Shown here in pieces: positions 27,850-37,254 of a stretch of DNA of 64,000 nt (position 1 is its first letter; each line of letters starts with the position of its first letter). The position numbers were made by a program, and so were the translations under genes. Source of the stretch: Burkholderiales bacterium. GTDB taxonomy: Bacteria; Pseudomonadota; Gammaproteobacteria; Burkholderiales; Burkholderiaceae_D. A model generated the notes under the pieces. That model saw nothing but the letters and a program-made list of their open reading frames with translations, did no database searches and was not told the DNA's origin. The stretch is taken from contig JACOUL010000008.1 in the NCBI GenBank assembly GCA_016177875.1, positions 79,432 to 143,431 of the forward strand, in the 5' to 3' direction.

Positions 27850-29070
27850 AAATCACATCAATAGACAAGTTATGCACATTAAAAAATGCGTTAAATACTG
27901 CAAATAATGTGCTTTTCACTTGAAACACATAATTCTATGTGTATAATGAACACATAATTTGATGTGTTTCTCCGGCGAATGTCTCATAAACAACACTTCC
28001 TGCTCTCTGCCAAAGCCCGCACGCTGTCCGTGCGGCAGGTGTTTGAGCTGACGGAAGCTCAAGCCTTTGAGACGTTCAAGGAAGTGCGTTGGGGAACGGG
28101 CAATGTCACATGCCCTTGCTGCGGATCGGTATCGAAGCACTATTTCATCCGCGTGCGCCGCCAATGGCGGTGCCGTGATTGCAACCATACGTTCTCGGTC
28201 ACGTCGGGCACCATCTTCGCCTTCCATAAGCTCTCGCTGAAGGTCTACCTGGCTGCCATTGCGATCTATACCAATGCGGTCAAGGGCATCTCTGCCTTGC
28301 AACTCGGCCGCGATCTCGGCGTGCAGTACAAGACGGCATTCGTGCTGGCGCATAAAATCCGTGAGTCCTTGATGGAGCAGCGCGACGAAGCGCAATTGTC
28401 CGGCGAAGTGCAGATCGACGGCGCCTATGTGAACGGCCATATCCGGCCCAGGAACAAGAAGGCAGACCGGATCGATCGTCGTTTAGCCATCCATCAAAGA
28501 GCCAGCAAGCGTTGCGTGCTGGTCTATCGCCAAAAAGCGCTTCCGGCCGCATTACAGGCTGCCATCAACGACAATGAGGGTAAGGATGAGCCGATCGTCT
28601 CTGGAGCCAACAAGACCATTACATTCGTCGTGAAGGCCGAGAACCAGGCCGATATCGTCAGCTTGACGGATCGCGTGGTGAAACGTGGCAGTATCGTATG
28701 CGCGGATGAAAACTCGGCTTACGATCCTTTGCACGCTCGGTATGACACGCGCCGCGTGAATCATCAGATTGAATACGCCGCCGATGACGGCACCACCAAC
28801 AATCTTGCGGAAAGCTACTTTGCGCGTTTCCGCCGCATGCAACTCGGCCAGATGCATAAATTCGGCAATCTCTATCTGGACAACTATGCCAACGAGGCGG
28901 CGTATCGCGAGGATACGCGCCGCTGGTCGAACGGAAAAATCTTTACCGACATCCTAACCAAGTGCATGCGCACCCGCACGCATCACGACTGGTGCGGCTA
29001 CTGGCAGGGGAATAAGCGCCAGTCCGAACGGCTGGCGGCGTAGACGACCATTAAATTGCCAGGGATAGTG
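27850..29070 (+). mobile_element. IS1595-family insertion sequence (ends approximate)
   Basis: Single transposase ORF preceded by an AT-rich leader carrying a TATAAT box and short inverted repeats (GAAACACAT...ATGTGTTTC; ACACATA-ATTC-TATGTGT). Terminal IRs and target duplications could not be delimited by eye. Confidence 0.45.
27964..29043 (+). CDS. IS1595-family transposase
   Basis: N-terminal transposase zinc ribbon (CPCCGS...CRDCNH) and a DDE_Tnp_IS1595-type core (LAAIAIY...QIDGAYVNG...VCADENSAYD). Confidence 0.8.
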   Translation: MFLRRMSHKQHFLLSAKARTLSVRQVFELTEAQAFETFKEVRWGTGNVTCPCCGSVSKHYFIRVRRQWRCRDCNHTFSVTSGTIFAFHKLSLKVYLAAIAIYTNAVKGISALQLGRDLGVQYKTAFVLAHKIRESLMEQRDEAQLSGEVQIDGAYVNGHIRPRNKKADRIDRRLAIHQRASKRCVLVYRQKALPAALQAAINDNEGKDEPIVSGANKTITFVVKAENQADIVSLTDRVVKRGSIVCADENSAYDPLHARYDTRRVNHQIEYAADDGTTNNLAESYFARFRRMQLGQMHKFGNLYLDNYANEAAYREDTRRWSNGKIFTDILTKCMRTRTHHDWCGYWQGNKRQSERLAA

Positions 29071-29079
29071 GCGCAGAAT

Positions 29080-29571
29080 TCATTTCCACAGTTCTCTGCG
29101 TGTGGCGCCCAGCTGGTCTGCCAAATGCGCGACGTGAGACCAAATAGCAGATGGCGGCATACGCTCAAGCTGCGCCGTCTCCTCCACTGCCATGACAACG
29201 ATCGGTATCGGCGTCTCGTCAATGAAATGAGCAATAGTGGCCTCACATCCAACAGGGATTTGCCCAGTTGCCAGCGCCTTCCGAAGCATTTCTTCAGACA
29301 GCTTATGTTTGTAGCTAACACTTGAAGTATTAGCGGCCATCCACAGGCCGGGCTTCTTCTCCCGTGCCGCGATTGATGGCCCGTCGATGGTCAATCCAAG
29401 AACATTCAGTATGCGTAATAGACGATTAAAGCTTAGATCCTCGATCGTGCCAGCCTCCAACCGCTGCACCGTTTGGCGCGACAAGTTAGCCAGGCGCGCG
29501 AGGCGCACTTGCGTCAGGCCGACCGCCTTGCGGCGAGCCTGGATATCCTTGCCGATCGTTTGAATGTACAT
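29080..29571 (-). CDS. XRE-family HTH protein with ~100-aa C-terminal domain (island regulator or antitoxin-like)
   Basis: N-terminal HTH_XRE (GLTQVRLARLANLSRQTVQRLEAG). C-terminal domain not recognised. Confidence 0.5.
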   Translation of the reverse strand: MYIQTIGKDIQARRKAVGLTQVRLARLANLSRQTVQRLEAGTIEDLSFNRLLRILNVLGLTIDGPSIAAREKKPGLWMAANTSSVSYKHKLSEEMLRKALATGQIPVGCEATIAHFIDETPIPIVVMAVEETAQLERMPPSAIWSHVAHLADQLGATRRELWK

Positions 29572-29652
29572 TGCCGGTTCCCCTCAAAGGTACAATATAT
29601 TGTACTTTCCGTAATGTGTTTTTGAACGATAGGCAGTCGATTGTGCCGAGTC

Positions 29653-30090
29653 TCAGTTCAGCTTCCACTTCAACGCTTCGCCATCTTTTTTCACTTGCTT
29701 TACCGTCTTATTCTTCTCCAACCGATACAAAATCGCGAGGACATTCTTTTGAATGCGCGCCGTAACTTCGGCGTCGGCATCAATGCCTTTGCGTTTCAGG
29801 AGTGCGTCGGTAATCTCCCGGCTGCATACCAAGCCTTTCGCGTCGCGCATCGTCTCCAGCGTCATGCGCTGCGCTTCACCCTTGATGAAATATTGATTGC
29901 GCCTGCGACGTGCGCGCGATTTAATCTGCCGAAGATCGACATCAGGCGCAAAGAGCTTTATCGTACTGTCCAGGTGCGATAATGCCGCTTGTAAATGCTT
30001 GATTTCGGTTTGGTAGGATTCGATTTGACCGGCGATTTCGCTGCGCTTGGCAACGAGGCCGGATACGACATGCGATTGCGCCATGTGCAT
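29653..30090 (-). CDS. Hypothetical basic protein with a predicted coiled-coil (island)
   Basis: 145-aa ORF with a heptad-rich N-terminus and a basic stretch (RARRRRNQYF). Family not recognised. Confidence 0.4.
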   Translation of the reverse strand: MHMAQSHVVSGLVAKRSEIAGQIESYQTEIKHLQAALSHLDSTIKLFAPDVDLRQIKSRARRRRNQYFIKGEAQRMTLETMRDAKGLVCSREITDALLKRKGIDADAEVTARIQKNVLAILYRLEKNKTVKQVKKDGEALKWKLN

Positions 30091-30333
30091 TCCCTTTCAT
30101 GTTGGTCATGAAGGAATGGTAGGCATTAGTTCACAGAAGAGCTTGTGCGGTTGCTACATAATTCCGCAATTGACCCCATTGGGTTGAGACTAACGATAAA
30201 TTCAGATGGCACAAATCTGGCACAGTTGCCGTTAAATATTGCGGGATCTTGCGGTACGTATTCAGCGTTGAAGTTATTGATTAATAATGGTATTTTTAAG
30301 TACCTCGTTGATTTTAAATGCCTTAATTTTGTT

Positions 30334-30378
30334 TTCACACGGCAGGGGTCACTGGTTCGATCCCAGTATCGCCCACCA
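30334..30378 (+). repeat. 45-bp direct repeat of the tRNA-Val 3' end (island right-hand att site)
   Basis: TTCACACGGCAGGGGTCACTGGTTCGATCCCAGTATCGCCCACCA equals tRNA positions 13462-13506 with a single mismatch (A->T in the T-loop). Confidence 0.85.
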
Positions 30379-30383
30379 CATTC

Positions 30384-30412
30384 AAAGCCCTGCGAATTTT
30401 CGCGGGGCTTTT
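30384..30412 (+). terminator. Hairpin plus T-run after the right-hand repeat (likely the original tRNA terminator)
   Basis: AGCCCTGCG-AATTTT-CGCGGGGCT stem (1 mismatch) followed by TTTTTCATTT. Confidence 0.4.
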
Positions 30413-30505
30413 TCATTTGAGCTTTGGAAAATGATCGCGCGCAGAAGCGCGTTTTGCCTCTCATGGTAAGGTATCGTTTCGAGACGCCTTGTGGGAGATC
30501 GCGAA

Positions 30506-30748
30506 ATGGCCATCAAGTACTTCAAACCCGACGTCATGATCGATACGCGCTGCGAACATTGCGGCGCCGAGCACAAGGAAACCTTGGAACGCTTGTATTC
30601 GACCGAAGTATTGATTTGCGTTTCCTGCGGCGAAGAGCATACCGCCGACCGCAGCGAATTCCGGCGAACCGTCGACGAGACCGAAGCGCTGTTGGACAAG
30701 CTGCCGGATATACCGTGGTTAGAGGACGACGAGGCAGACTATAAATAA
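30506..30748 (+). CDS. Small zinc-ribbon protein (hypothetical)
   Basis: CEHCG...CVSCGEEH pair of CxxC motifs. ATG start MAIKYF; the track uses an upstream GTG. Confidence 0.45.
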   Translation: MAIKYFKPDVMIDTRCEHCGAEHKETLERLYSTEVLICVSCGEEHTADRSEFRRTVDETEALLDKLPDIPWLEDDEADYK

Positions 30749-30817
30749 GCGCCTCTTTTGTTAGAGGCATAAATATTGCACAGCTTAAGAAGTTTCCAAT
30801 TTTTCTTAATGTGTGCC

Positions 30818-31306
30818 ATGAAAACCTATTCTTTTCTTCTCGCATCGGTAATTTTTACGGTGGCAAATACAGCGCATGCTGTGACTATTTATAAGTACGT
30901 TTTGCCGAACGGAACGGTCCTTTATTCCCAAACCGAATTGAAAAAAACCAAGCCTGTGAAGGTCTTGCGTTTGCAATCGGAAACAAGCATCGCTAAGCAG
31001 GAGCAACGCAACGCGCGTCGCGAGTTGGAGCGTTTACAGGTAAGGGCTGATCGGTTGTCGCTCCTGTCGGCCGCCAAAGAGATGGCGGATAACGCTGCTT
31101 GCTCGCCGCCTTCCTCAGTTGCGCCGCCGACGATTTCGCCCAGCGTATTGACTCCGCTTCCCGGTGAACGCACGGGCACGGTCGGCGGCGGCTCGCGACT
31201 GAATGATGCGTACTGGGACCGCATGCGTTCTACGCTCGGGCCGCGTTACGAATCGCGCGAACAGCTCGATCAAGCCTTAGCCGCTGCCGGCATCTCCCCG
31301 CAGTAA
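30818..31306 (+). CDS. DUF4124 domain-containing secreted protein
   Basis: Signal peptide MKTYSFLLASVIFTVANTAHA followed by IYKYVLPNGTVLYSQ (DUF4124 signature). Confidence 0.6.
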   Translation: MKTYSFLLASVIFTVANTAHAVTIYKYVLPNGTVLYSQTELKKTKPVKVLRLQSETSIAKQEQRNARRELERLQVRADRLSLLSAAKEMADNAACSPPSSVAPPTISPSVLTPLPGERTGTVGGGSRLNDAYWDRMRSTLGPRYESREQLDQALAAAGISPQ

Positions 31307-31423
31307 GGTCAACTCTCCGAAATCGATGTGAATACTCCACATATTTCGTATGTAATCCCTCGGCTTACAAAGAGCGGTTTCTTCCTACAATGAGCTCAAG
31401 TAGAGCGAATTTAGGAGACCATC

Positions 31424-32578
31424 ATGTTATCCATACCGTGGGTTTACTTTCTAAAGGACGGCGAGCAGCTTCTCATCGAAACGCCGACGCGCCGCCGCGT
31501 GTTGAATGGTCCTTGCGTCGCCACGGTGGGCCCGCTTGAGAAAGCCACCAAGCGCGAAGGCATCTGCATCGGCCCGACTTTCTACGCAAGAGTGTGCGAC
31601 AAAGGCAGCGGCAAGTTGCGCAATGAAATCGGCCCGAAGATGCTGTTTCTCGGCCCGAACGATGTGCTGGAGCGGATGATGCAGCTGATTCCGTTGAAGA
31701 GTAATGAATACGTAAAAATCGTCGACCGCGCCACCGGCGTGATTCGCGTCGTACGCGGGGAGTCGAGCGTCATCCTGGAACCGACCGAGTCTTTGCTGGG
31801 TGAAGTGGCGCAGGGCATTTCGGTCGATGAACATACCGCTGTCGTGGTGCGCAATATCCGCGACGGCGAGTTGAAGCTCATCACGGAACATCAGTTGTTC
31901 GTGCCGGCTGCCGATCAGGAAGTGGTGGAGATACGCAAGTGCGTTCTCCTGGACGACCATGAAGCAGTCGTCATACGCGATCGCGATGGGTGTCATTCCG
32001 TGCATACCGTTAGCGATGCGGGTCACTCGTTCTTCCTTGATCCCTATTCGTCGCTGGTGCAGTTCCGCTGGTCGACCGGCCTCCATAAAGATACGCGCAG
32101 CTTGGAATTCACCCACTTGGATCAGCGTCCGAAATTCATGCAGCATTCCGTCACGGTGCGCACGCAAGACGATGTGGAGGTGGAGCTGGGTATCACGGTG
32201 TTTTGGCAGGTCGAGAATATCGAAGCCATGCTTCATACCACGGAAGACGCGCCGGCGGATTTGTGCTGGCGTGCGCGCAGCGCCATCATGCAAGCGGCCT
32301 CGAATCGGACGCTGGAAGAGTTTCGCAGTTCTTCCAACAGCATCGTGGCGGATGCCGTGTTCAGCGACGGCAAGTTTTATGCTGAGCGCGGTCTCCGCTT
32401 GCATGCCATCGAAGTGCGTTCGGTACAGTGTCGTGGAGAGAAATCGCCGCTGGAAGATCTTTCGCCTTTGGATACGTTCCACGGCGAAGATGTGCCGCTT
32501 GAGCTCTCCAACGGCTGGCCGCAGTTGTGTTTCGCGCCGGATCAGGTTAATTTAAGCATTGAACCTCGGGCTGCATAA
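31424..32578 (+). CDS. Major-vault-protein (MVP) repeat / SPFH (band-7)-like protein
   Basis: Four ~45-aa repeats of pattern V-x-[DN]-x-x-[DS]-G-x-x-[RK]-x-[VI]-x-G-x-x-x-x-[FIL]-L-x-P-x-E (e.g. YVKIVDRATGVIRVVRGESSVILEPTESLL). These are followed by an SPFH-like shoulder segment (ITVFWQVENIEAM...RSAIMQAASNRTLEEF). Confidence 0.5.
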   Translation: MLSIPWVYFLKDGEQLLIETPTRRRVLNGPCVATVGPLEKATKREGICIGPTFYARVCDKGSGKLRNEIGPKMLFLGPNDVLERMMQLIPLKSNEYVKIVDRATGVIRVVRGESSVILEPTESLLGEVAQGISVDEHTAVVVRNIRDGELKLITEHQLFVPAADQEVVEIRKCVLLDDHEAVVIRDRDGCHSVHTVSDAGHSFFLDPYSSLVQFRWSTGLHKDTRSLEFTHLDQRPKFMQHSVTVRTQDDVEVELGITVFWQVENIEAMLHTTEDAPADLCWRARSAIMQAASNRTLEEFRSSSNSIVADAVFSDGKFYAERGLRLHAIEVRSVQCRGEKSPLEDLSPLDTFHGEDVPLELSNGWPQLCFAPDQVNLSIEPRAA

Positions 32579-32626
32579 CAACTATTCATTACACCGCCCC
32601 GGCCGCTCTGGCCGGGTTTTATTTAC

Positions 32627-33148
32627 ATGTCCAAACTTTCTGTCCGCCTTTCTCACGCAGCGGCGCGCAAGCTGCGTCAAACGCCATGGCTGCGTTGGTG
32701 CATCGCTGCGTTCCTTTGGTTGGCGGCGCTGATGGTTGTCGTCGTAGGCGGCTTAGAGCTTCGCGAAGATGTTAAGAGTACATCGTGGCCTACCACCGAA
32801 GGCGTGGTCACCGACGATGCGCGCGTTTACAGCAATCGCCGCAAGACGGTATGGGGCGTCTCGGTGCATTACCACTATCGGGTAGCAAACGAGGCTCACA
32901 CTTCGGACCGTATTCGGCGCAGCAGCGCACGGCAAGATGATTACTACTTTGAAAGCAAGGCGCGCGATGTCGCGGCGGGTCTGCCTAAAGGAAAACGCGT
33001 GACGGTCTTTTATCCGCCGGATAAACCTTATCTTGGAATTCTCAATCCCGGCGTTCAAGCACTGTCCGTTTTCATGATTGTGTTTGGTTTGTTGCTGGCG
33101 CTGTGGGCATTTGTACTGAGCATCTCCAAAAAAGATAATGCAGAATAA
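32627..33148 (+). CDS. DUF3592 family membrane protein
   Basis: TM helix, then TEGVVTD...YHYRV core, then C-terminal TM helix. Confidence 0.5.
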   Translation: MSKLSVRLSHAAARKLRQTPWLRWCIAAFLWLAALMVVVVGGLELREDVKSTSWPTTEGVVTDDARVYSNRRKTVWGVSVHYHYRVANEAHTSDRIRRSSARQDDYYFESKARDVAAGLPKGKRVTVFYPPDKPYLGILNPGVQALSVFMIVFGLLLALWAFVLSISKKDNAE

Positions 33149-33244
33149 ATTGACAAAAAAATCACAGGCTTGCGGTTATTAAATCTTGGATTTACCATGA
33201 CTTACGCGTCCTATCGGCGCGTTTTATAACTCAGGGAGACAACA

Positions 33245-33508
33245 ATGAAACGTATCGCTATTGCCGGCGTAAGCGGCCTTCTGTTTTTTAGCGCATCTGC
33301 ATTTGCAGGCGTCAAGCTTGTCAATAAAGACAGCGCTTCGCACGAGGTCAAAATCAAGTGTTCGTCCACTGCCATCAGCAGTATCGGCGGCAATTCCACC
33401 CGCGACCTCGGCAATGGGCCTTGCACCGTCACCGTAACGAAGACGGGCGCATCGGCCACCAGTAGCGGCGGTACGCTCACCATCAAGAACGGCGGCATTT
33501 CCTCTTAA
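33245..33508 (+). CDS. Small secreted protein
   Basis: Signal peptide MKRIAIAGVSGLLFFSASAFA. Ser/Thr/Gly-rich mature part. TAATG overlap with the next ORF. Confidence 0.45.
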   Translation: MKRIAIAGVSGLLFFSASAFAGVKLVNKDSASHEVKIKCSSTAISSIGGNSTRDLGNGPCTVTVTKTGASATSSGGTLTIKNGGISS

Positions 33509-34509
33509 TGCAAAAAAACGTCGAACTGCTCGAACCCCGCGGGGATTGCGAGCAGTTCATCATCGACGTCGATTGCCGGCGGCGCGGCTTGCCGCCGTGC
33601 GAGCGCGAATGGGTATGTCAGCATTCCTGCGCGCCTGAAACCATTCCCGACTGTCAGGACATGAATTGCGAAGGCACGACCGTCGTTAATAGCGCCTGCA
33701 TTGCGGCGGTATGCGATCAAGCGGCGCGCGGGGATTTTGCAAGCTTCGATGCGACTCAGGTGCGCTTACGCTTCAACGTGGATGCATCGGTGGTTGCCGA
33801 GCTCGAAAAGGCGGCTTCCGATGCGGACCTTTTGCCCGGCGTAGAGAAAGAAGGCGCGACATTTGTCGCCACGGGTTCTCTGCTGGCTTTTGCACGATAT
33901 TGCGCGCTGCGGATCAACCAGGACTTGTCGGAATCCGCGCGCGCTGTGCTCATGGAAACCGAGCACATATTGGCAAGCCAGTTTTATCGTGCTGGGGCTG
34001 CCTTGTTTCAGCAGCGCCATGTCGATTTGCGGACCGATCGCGCCAGCCGCGGCAATGTCATTTTATTTTTAGGCAGCGGCGTGTGGCCTGTGCGTGCTCT
34101 GGTGGGCTGGGAAGTGCCCGAGCGTTATTCGCGTCGCTATCCCGCACCGGCGAATCCCGCGCCGAATCGGGGATTCGGTTTGCGTTTAGAAGGAAAGGCT
34201 TTTTGTCTCGGGCCGATCGATTCCGGATTGCATGAAGTGCCCGGCGATTTGTATGGGCCGCAGACACATTTGGAATTTCGCGTCGATCAAGCTGTGGCCG
34301 ACCGCGTTATCGCCTTGTGCAATGAATACGCGACCGCGGTTCCGGAAAATGAACTGGCCGATACGGCGCTTGGATTCATGCGGGCCGTTGTGCACGAACT
34401 TGGTTTGCCTATCCCGGTAATGCCGCCTGCGCACGGCGATGAAGAGGGCGTCTGTGTTCGCCCCGCCCAATTCATCCGCCGCTTGTTGCTGGCACAGCAT
34501 CTTGGCTGA
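33508..34509 (+). CDS. Hypothetical protein (Cys-rich N-terminus)
   Basis: 333-aa ORF translationally coupled to the upstream small secreted protein. Confidence 0.45.
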   Translation: MQKNVELLEPRGDCEQFIIDVDCRRRGLPPCEREWVCQHSCAPETIPDCQDMNCEGTTVVNSACIAAVCDQAARGDFASFDATQVRLRFNVDASVVAELEKAASDADLLPGVEKEGATFVATGSLLAFARYCALRINQDLSESARAVLMETEHILASQFYRAGAALFQQRHVDLRTDRASRGNVILFLGSGVWPVRALVGWEVPERYSRRYPAPANPAPNRGFGLRLEGKAFCLGPIDSGLHEVPGDLYGPQTHLEFRVDQAVADRVIALCNEYATAVPENELADTALGFMRAVVHELGLPIPVMPPAHGDEEGVCVRPAQFIRRLLLAQHLG

Positions 34510-34511
34510 TG

Positions 34512-34823
34512 CTATTGGTGACAGCAGCATCCCTGGTCTTCGCCTGTACCCGCGCCGGCTTCGGTCGCCACTAAAAAATCGATGACGATCGCACCCGGTT
34601 CGCGCTGCACATACGAGATTTTGACGCGCGGACCGAAATATCCGTTGATCTGGGAAAGCAGCGGCAGCGGATCGTGGTCATTGCAGAAGCGCATGGTCTC
34701 GCCGGGCTCCAATGCTTCCAGCGCACCGAATATCGCCGCATGCCGAAAACGTTTCGCGATGCCGCGCGCGTCGAACGGGTAGACGCCGTTGGAGATGGTG
34801 GGAAGAGAACAATCGTGTGCCAT
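34512..34823 (-). CDS. DUF2249-like protein (NO-stress cluster accessory)
   Basis: FDARGI...LEPGETMRFCNDHDPLPLL pattern. Position adjacent to norB. Confidence 0.45.
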   Translation of the reverse strand: MAHDCSLPTISNGVYPFDARGIAKRFRHAAIFGALEALEPGETMRFCNDHDPLPLLSQINGYFGPRVKISYVQREPGAIVIDFLVATEAGAGTGEDQGCCCHQ

Positions 34824-34905
34824 GGTAAAACTCCTTTAGGGTCGGGATTTAAATAAGACCGGCGCTTAACCGGTCTTGTTACGAGGTCGGTAAATCCTCA
34901 ATCGA

Positions 34906-37185
34906 TCAGACTTTCGCGCCTTGCGCTTGCGGCAATTCCTTGGCATCGCGATGCAGGCCTGCCGCCAACAGGCGATAAGCAAACAAGCCAAGGAATATGA
35001 CGCCCACGGCGAATACCACGTCGCCGGGAACGCGCAGCCACACCATGGTTTCCATGAAGGGCGAGTGAATCACTTCCGGCGAGCGTGCGTACCACATGCC
35101 CTTGCTGATGCTGGCGACCGCTTGGTAAATGCCTGCCGGCACCAGCGAGATGAAGACCATCATCGCCAAGCCGATGTTGAGCAGCCAGAAAGCCGGGGCA
35201 AGCAAACGATCCGGCCAGACGGCACGTGCAAACAAGCCGCGCAGGCAGAACAGCATCAAGCCGATGCCGAGCATGCCGTACACGCCGAACAGCGCTGCGT
35301 GGCCGTGCGCCGCCGTCATGTTCAAGCCCTGCATGTAGTACAGCGCGACCGGCGTATTGATCGAGAAGCCGAGCAAGCCGGCGCCGACCGTGTTCCAGAA
35401 GCCGACGGCGATGAAGCACAAGATCGGCCACTTGTAGGTTTGCACCCAGGGTGCGGCTTTGGAACGCTGGTAGTTGCGATAAGCCTCGATGCCGATCATC
35501 GTCAAGGGCACCACTTCCAGCGCGGAGAACATGGCGCCGATGGCGATGACGAAAGTCGGGGTGCCGGTGAAATACAAATGGTGCAGGGTGCCGAGTATGC
35601 CGCCGAACAGGAACACGATGGTTTCCAGCACGATCGCGCTGTTGGCGGTAGCGGTGCGGATCAAGCCCAAGCGGGTGAACAGCAAGGCGATCACCGCGGT
35701 GGCGAACACCTCGAAGAAGCCTTCCACCCACAGGTGCACCAGCCACCAGCGCCAGTATTCGACCATCGAGTAATGCGTATGCTTATCCCAGGTCAGCGAG
35801 GTGGCATAGAAACCGCCGATGCACATCGCAGCCAGGAACACCATGGCGATCAAGCCGCGGCTTTCCGACGGTTTTTTGAGTGCGGGCCACAAACCGCGGC
35901 CGAGCAGCGCTACCCAAATCAAGAGGCCGACGAACAGCAGGTATTGCCAGATGCGGCCCATGCTGGTGAATTCCAGCCCTTGGTTACCGATCCAGAAAGT
36001 ATAGTCCGTGCCCATGCGCTGCAGCGTACCCAGCCAGCCGCTGACGGTCGAACCGACTACGATGAACAAGAGAGCGTAGAACAGCAGGTTGACGCCCAGC
36101 TTCTGAAATTTCGGCTCATGGCCGGAAATGGCCGGGGCGATATACAAGCCGGTCGCGAGCCATGCGGTGGCGATCCACAGTACGGCGAACTGCGTGTGCA
36201 GAGTGCGGCTGACCGTGAACGGCAGGATTTGCGCGAGCGGTATGCCGAAGAAGCTTTGGCCCTCGACGGCATAGTGCGCAGTGATGACACCCATGCCGAC
36301 TTGCGCCAATATCAGGCCGACGACGACAAAGAAGTATTTCTTGGTCGCCTGCATCGACGGCGTGGGCTTCAGGTTCAACAGGGGATCGGCTTTGGGCGGC
36401 ACCGGATCGTCTTCTTCCTTTTGCGAAGAATGATAGAAAATCATGCCGGCGATGGCAGCGATCATCAGGATCACGCTGGCGATCGACCAGATGCCGGTGC
36501 CGGCGGTGGGCGTGTTGCCGACCAGCGGCTCGTGCGGCCAGTTGCTGGTATAGCTGAGATTCTCTTCGCCGGGCCGGTCGGTCGTTGCGGACCAAGCCGA
36601 CCAGAAAAAGAAGGCGGTTAAGGCTTGACGGTCTGCCGTGTCGGCCAGCGAACCCGCTTTCATCGCGTATTGCTCACGCAATTTATCGAGTGAACGTTCA
36701 TCGCCGAACAAGTCTTCGTAATGACGCGCGACTTCCTGCACGGCGGCGGCGCGTTGCGCGCTCAAGGTGAGTTGGCCGGATTGCGCATCATAAGTGTTGC
36801 GGCGCATTTCCTCTTTCAGTTGACCGTTGAGCTGCGCCTGCTGGCCCGCATTGAGCTGGGCAAACGGCTTGCCGAAATCGCGTTGCGCATGCATCTCGCG
36901 CAGCGCCAACGCTTCACGGTGCAGCCAGTCGGCCGACCAGTCCGGCGCCAGGTAACTGCCGTGGCCCCAGACGCTGCCGAGTTGCTGGCCGCCGGCCGCC
37001 AGCCATGCTTGTTGTCCCTGTTGCACTTGTGCGGCGGAGAACAGGACCTCGCCTTTGTCGCTCATGACTTGTTTGGGAATCGGCGGAGCTTTGAGATAGA
37101 TTTCGGTCCCGACCCAGCCGAGAACCGAGAACGATAAGAGACAGATGATGGCTAGCCAAGTCCATAATTTGCGTGTTGCATGCAT
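34906..37185 (-). CDS. norB: Quinol-dependent nitric oxide reductase (qNOR, single-subunit NorZ/NorB)
   Basis: 759 aa. N-terminal periplasmic extension fused to a 12-TM haem-copper oxidase-like core with conserved His ligands. Confidence 0.85.
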   Translation of the reverse strand: MHATRKLWTWLAIICLLSFSVLGWVGTEIYLKAPPIPKQVMSDKGEVLFSAAQVQQGQQAWLAAGGQQLGSVWGHGSYLAPDWSADWLHREALALREMHAQRDFGKPFAQLNAGQQAQLNGQLKEEMRRNTYDAQSGQLTLSAQRAAAVQEVARHYEDLFGDERSLDKLREQYAMKAGSLADTADRQALTAFFFWSAWSATTDRPGEENLSYTSNWPHEPLVGNTPTAGTGIWSIASVILMIAAIAGMIFYHSSQKEEDDPVPPKADPLLNLKPTPSMQATKKYFFVVVGLILAQVGMGVITAHYAVEGQSFFGIPLAQILPFTVSRTLHTQFAVLWIATAWLATGLYIAPAISGHEPKFQKLGVNLLFYALLFIVVGSTVSGWLGTLQRMGTDYTFWIGNQGLEFTSMGRIWQYLLFVGLLIWVALLGRGLWPALKKPSESRGLIAMVFLAAMCIGGFYATSLTWDKHTHYSMVEYWRWWLVHLWVEGFFEVFATAVIALLFTRLGLIRTATANSAIVLETIVFLFGGILGTLHHLYFTGTPTFVIAIGAMFSALEVVPLTMIGIEAYRNYQRSKAAPWVQTYKWPILCFIAVGFWNTVGAGLLGFSINTPVALYYMQGLNMTAAHGHAALFGVYGMLGIGLMLFCLRGLFARAVWPDRLLAPAFWLLNIGLAMMVFISLVPAGIYQAVASISKGMWYARSPEVIHSPFMETMVWLRVPGDVVFAVGVIFLGLFAYRLLAAGLHRDAKELPQAQGAKV

Positions 37186-37231
37186 GGCAGTTCCTTAGAG
37201 ATGAATAAATGGGGTGGAGTAATCTTGCATT

Positions 37232-37254
37232 TAAGATGCATTGTATATGCATCT
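37232..37254. promoter_or_regulatory. NsrR operator (AAGATGCATT-N3-AATGCATCTT) between divergent norB and nsrR
   Basis: AAGATGCATTGTATATGCATCTT matches the proteobacterial NsrR inverted-repeat consensus. Located in the norB/nsrR divergent intergenic region. Confidence 0.7.

Noticed and set aside
27964-29043. Attempt to define the IS1595 terminal inverted repeats and target-site duplication by eye
   Set aside because: The downstream flank before the next gene is only ~36 bp, and no convincing match to the upstream leader repeats was found. The ends are reported as approximate only.
13432-30378. Search for a Fic/Doc toxin partner for the VbhA-like gene anywhere in the island
   Set aside because: No translation in any listed frame contains the HPFx(D/E)GNGR Fic motif. 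The VbhA-like gene is therefore treated as Fic-orphan.
34921-36621. 566-aa ORF on the + strand overlapping norB
   Set aside because: Antisense to a confidently identified qNOR gene. Translation is Arg/Gly/Asp/His low-complexity typical of GC-rich antisense frames.
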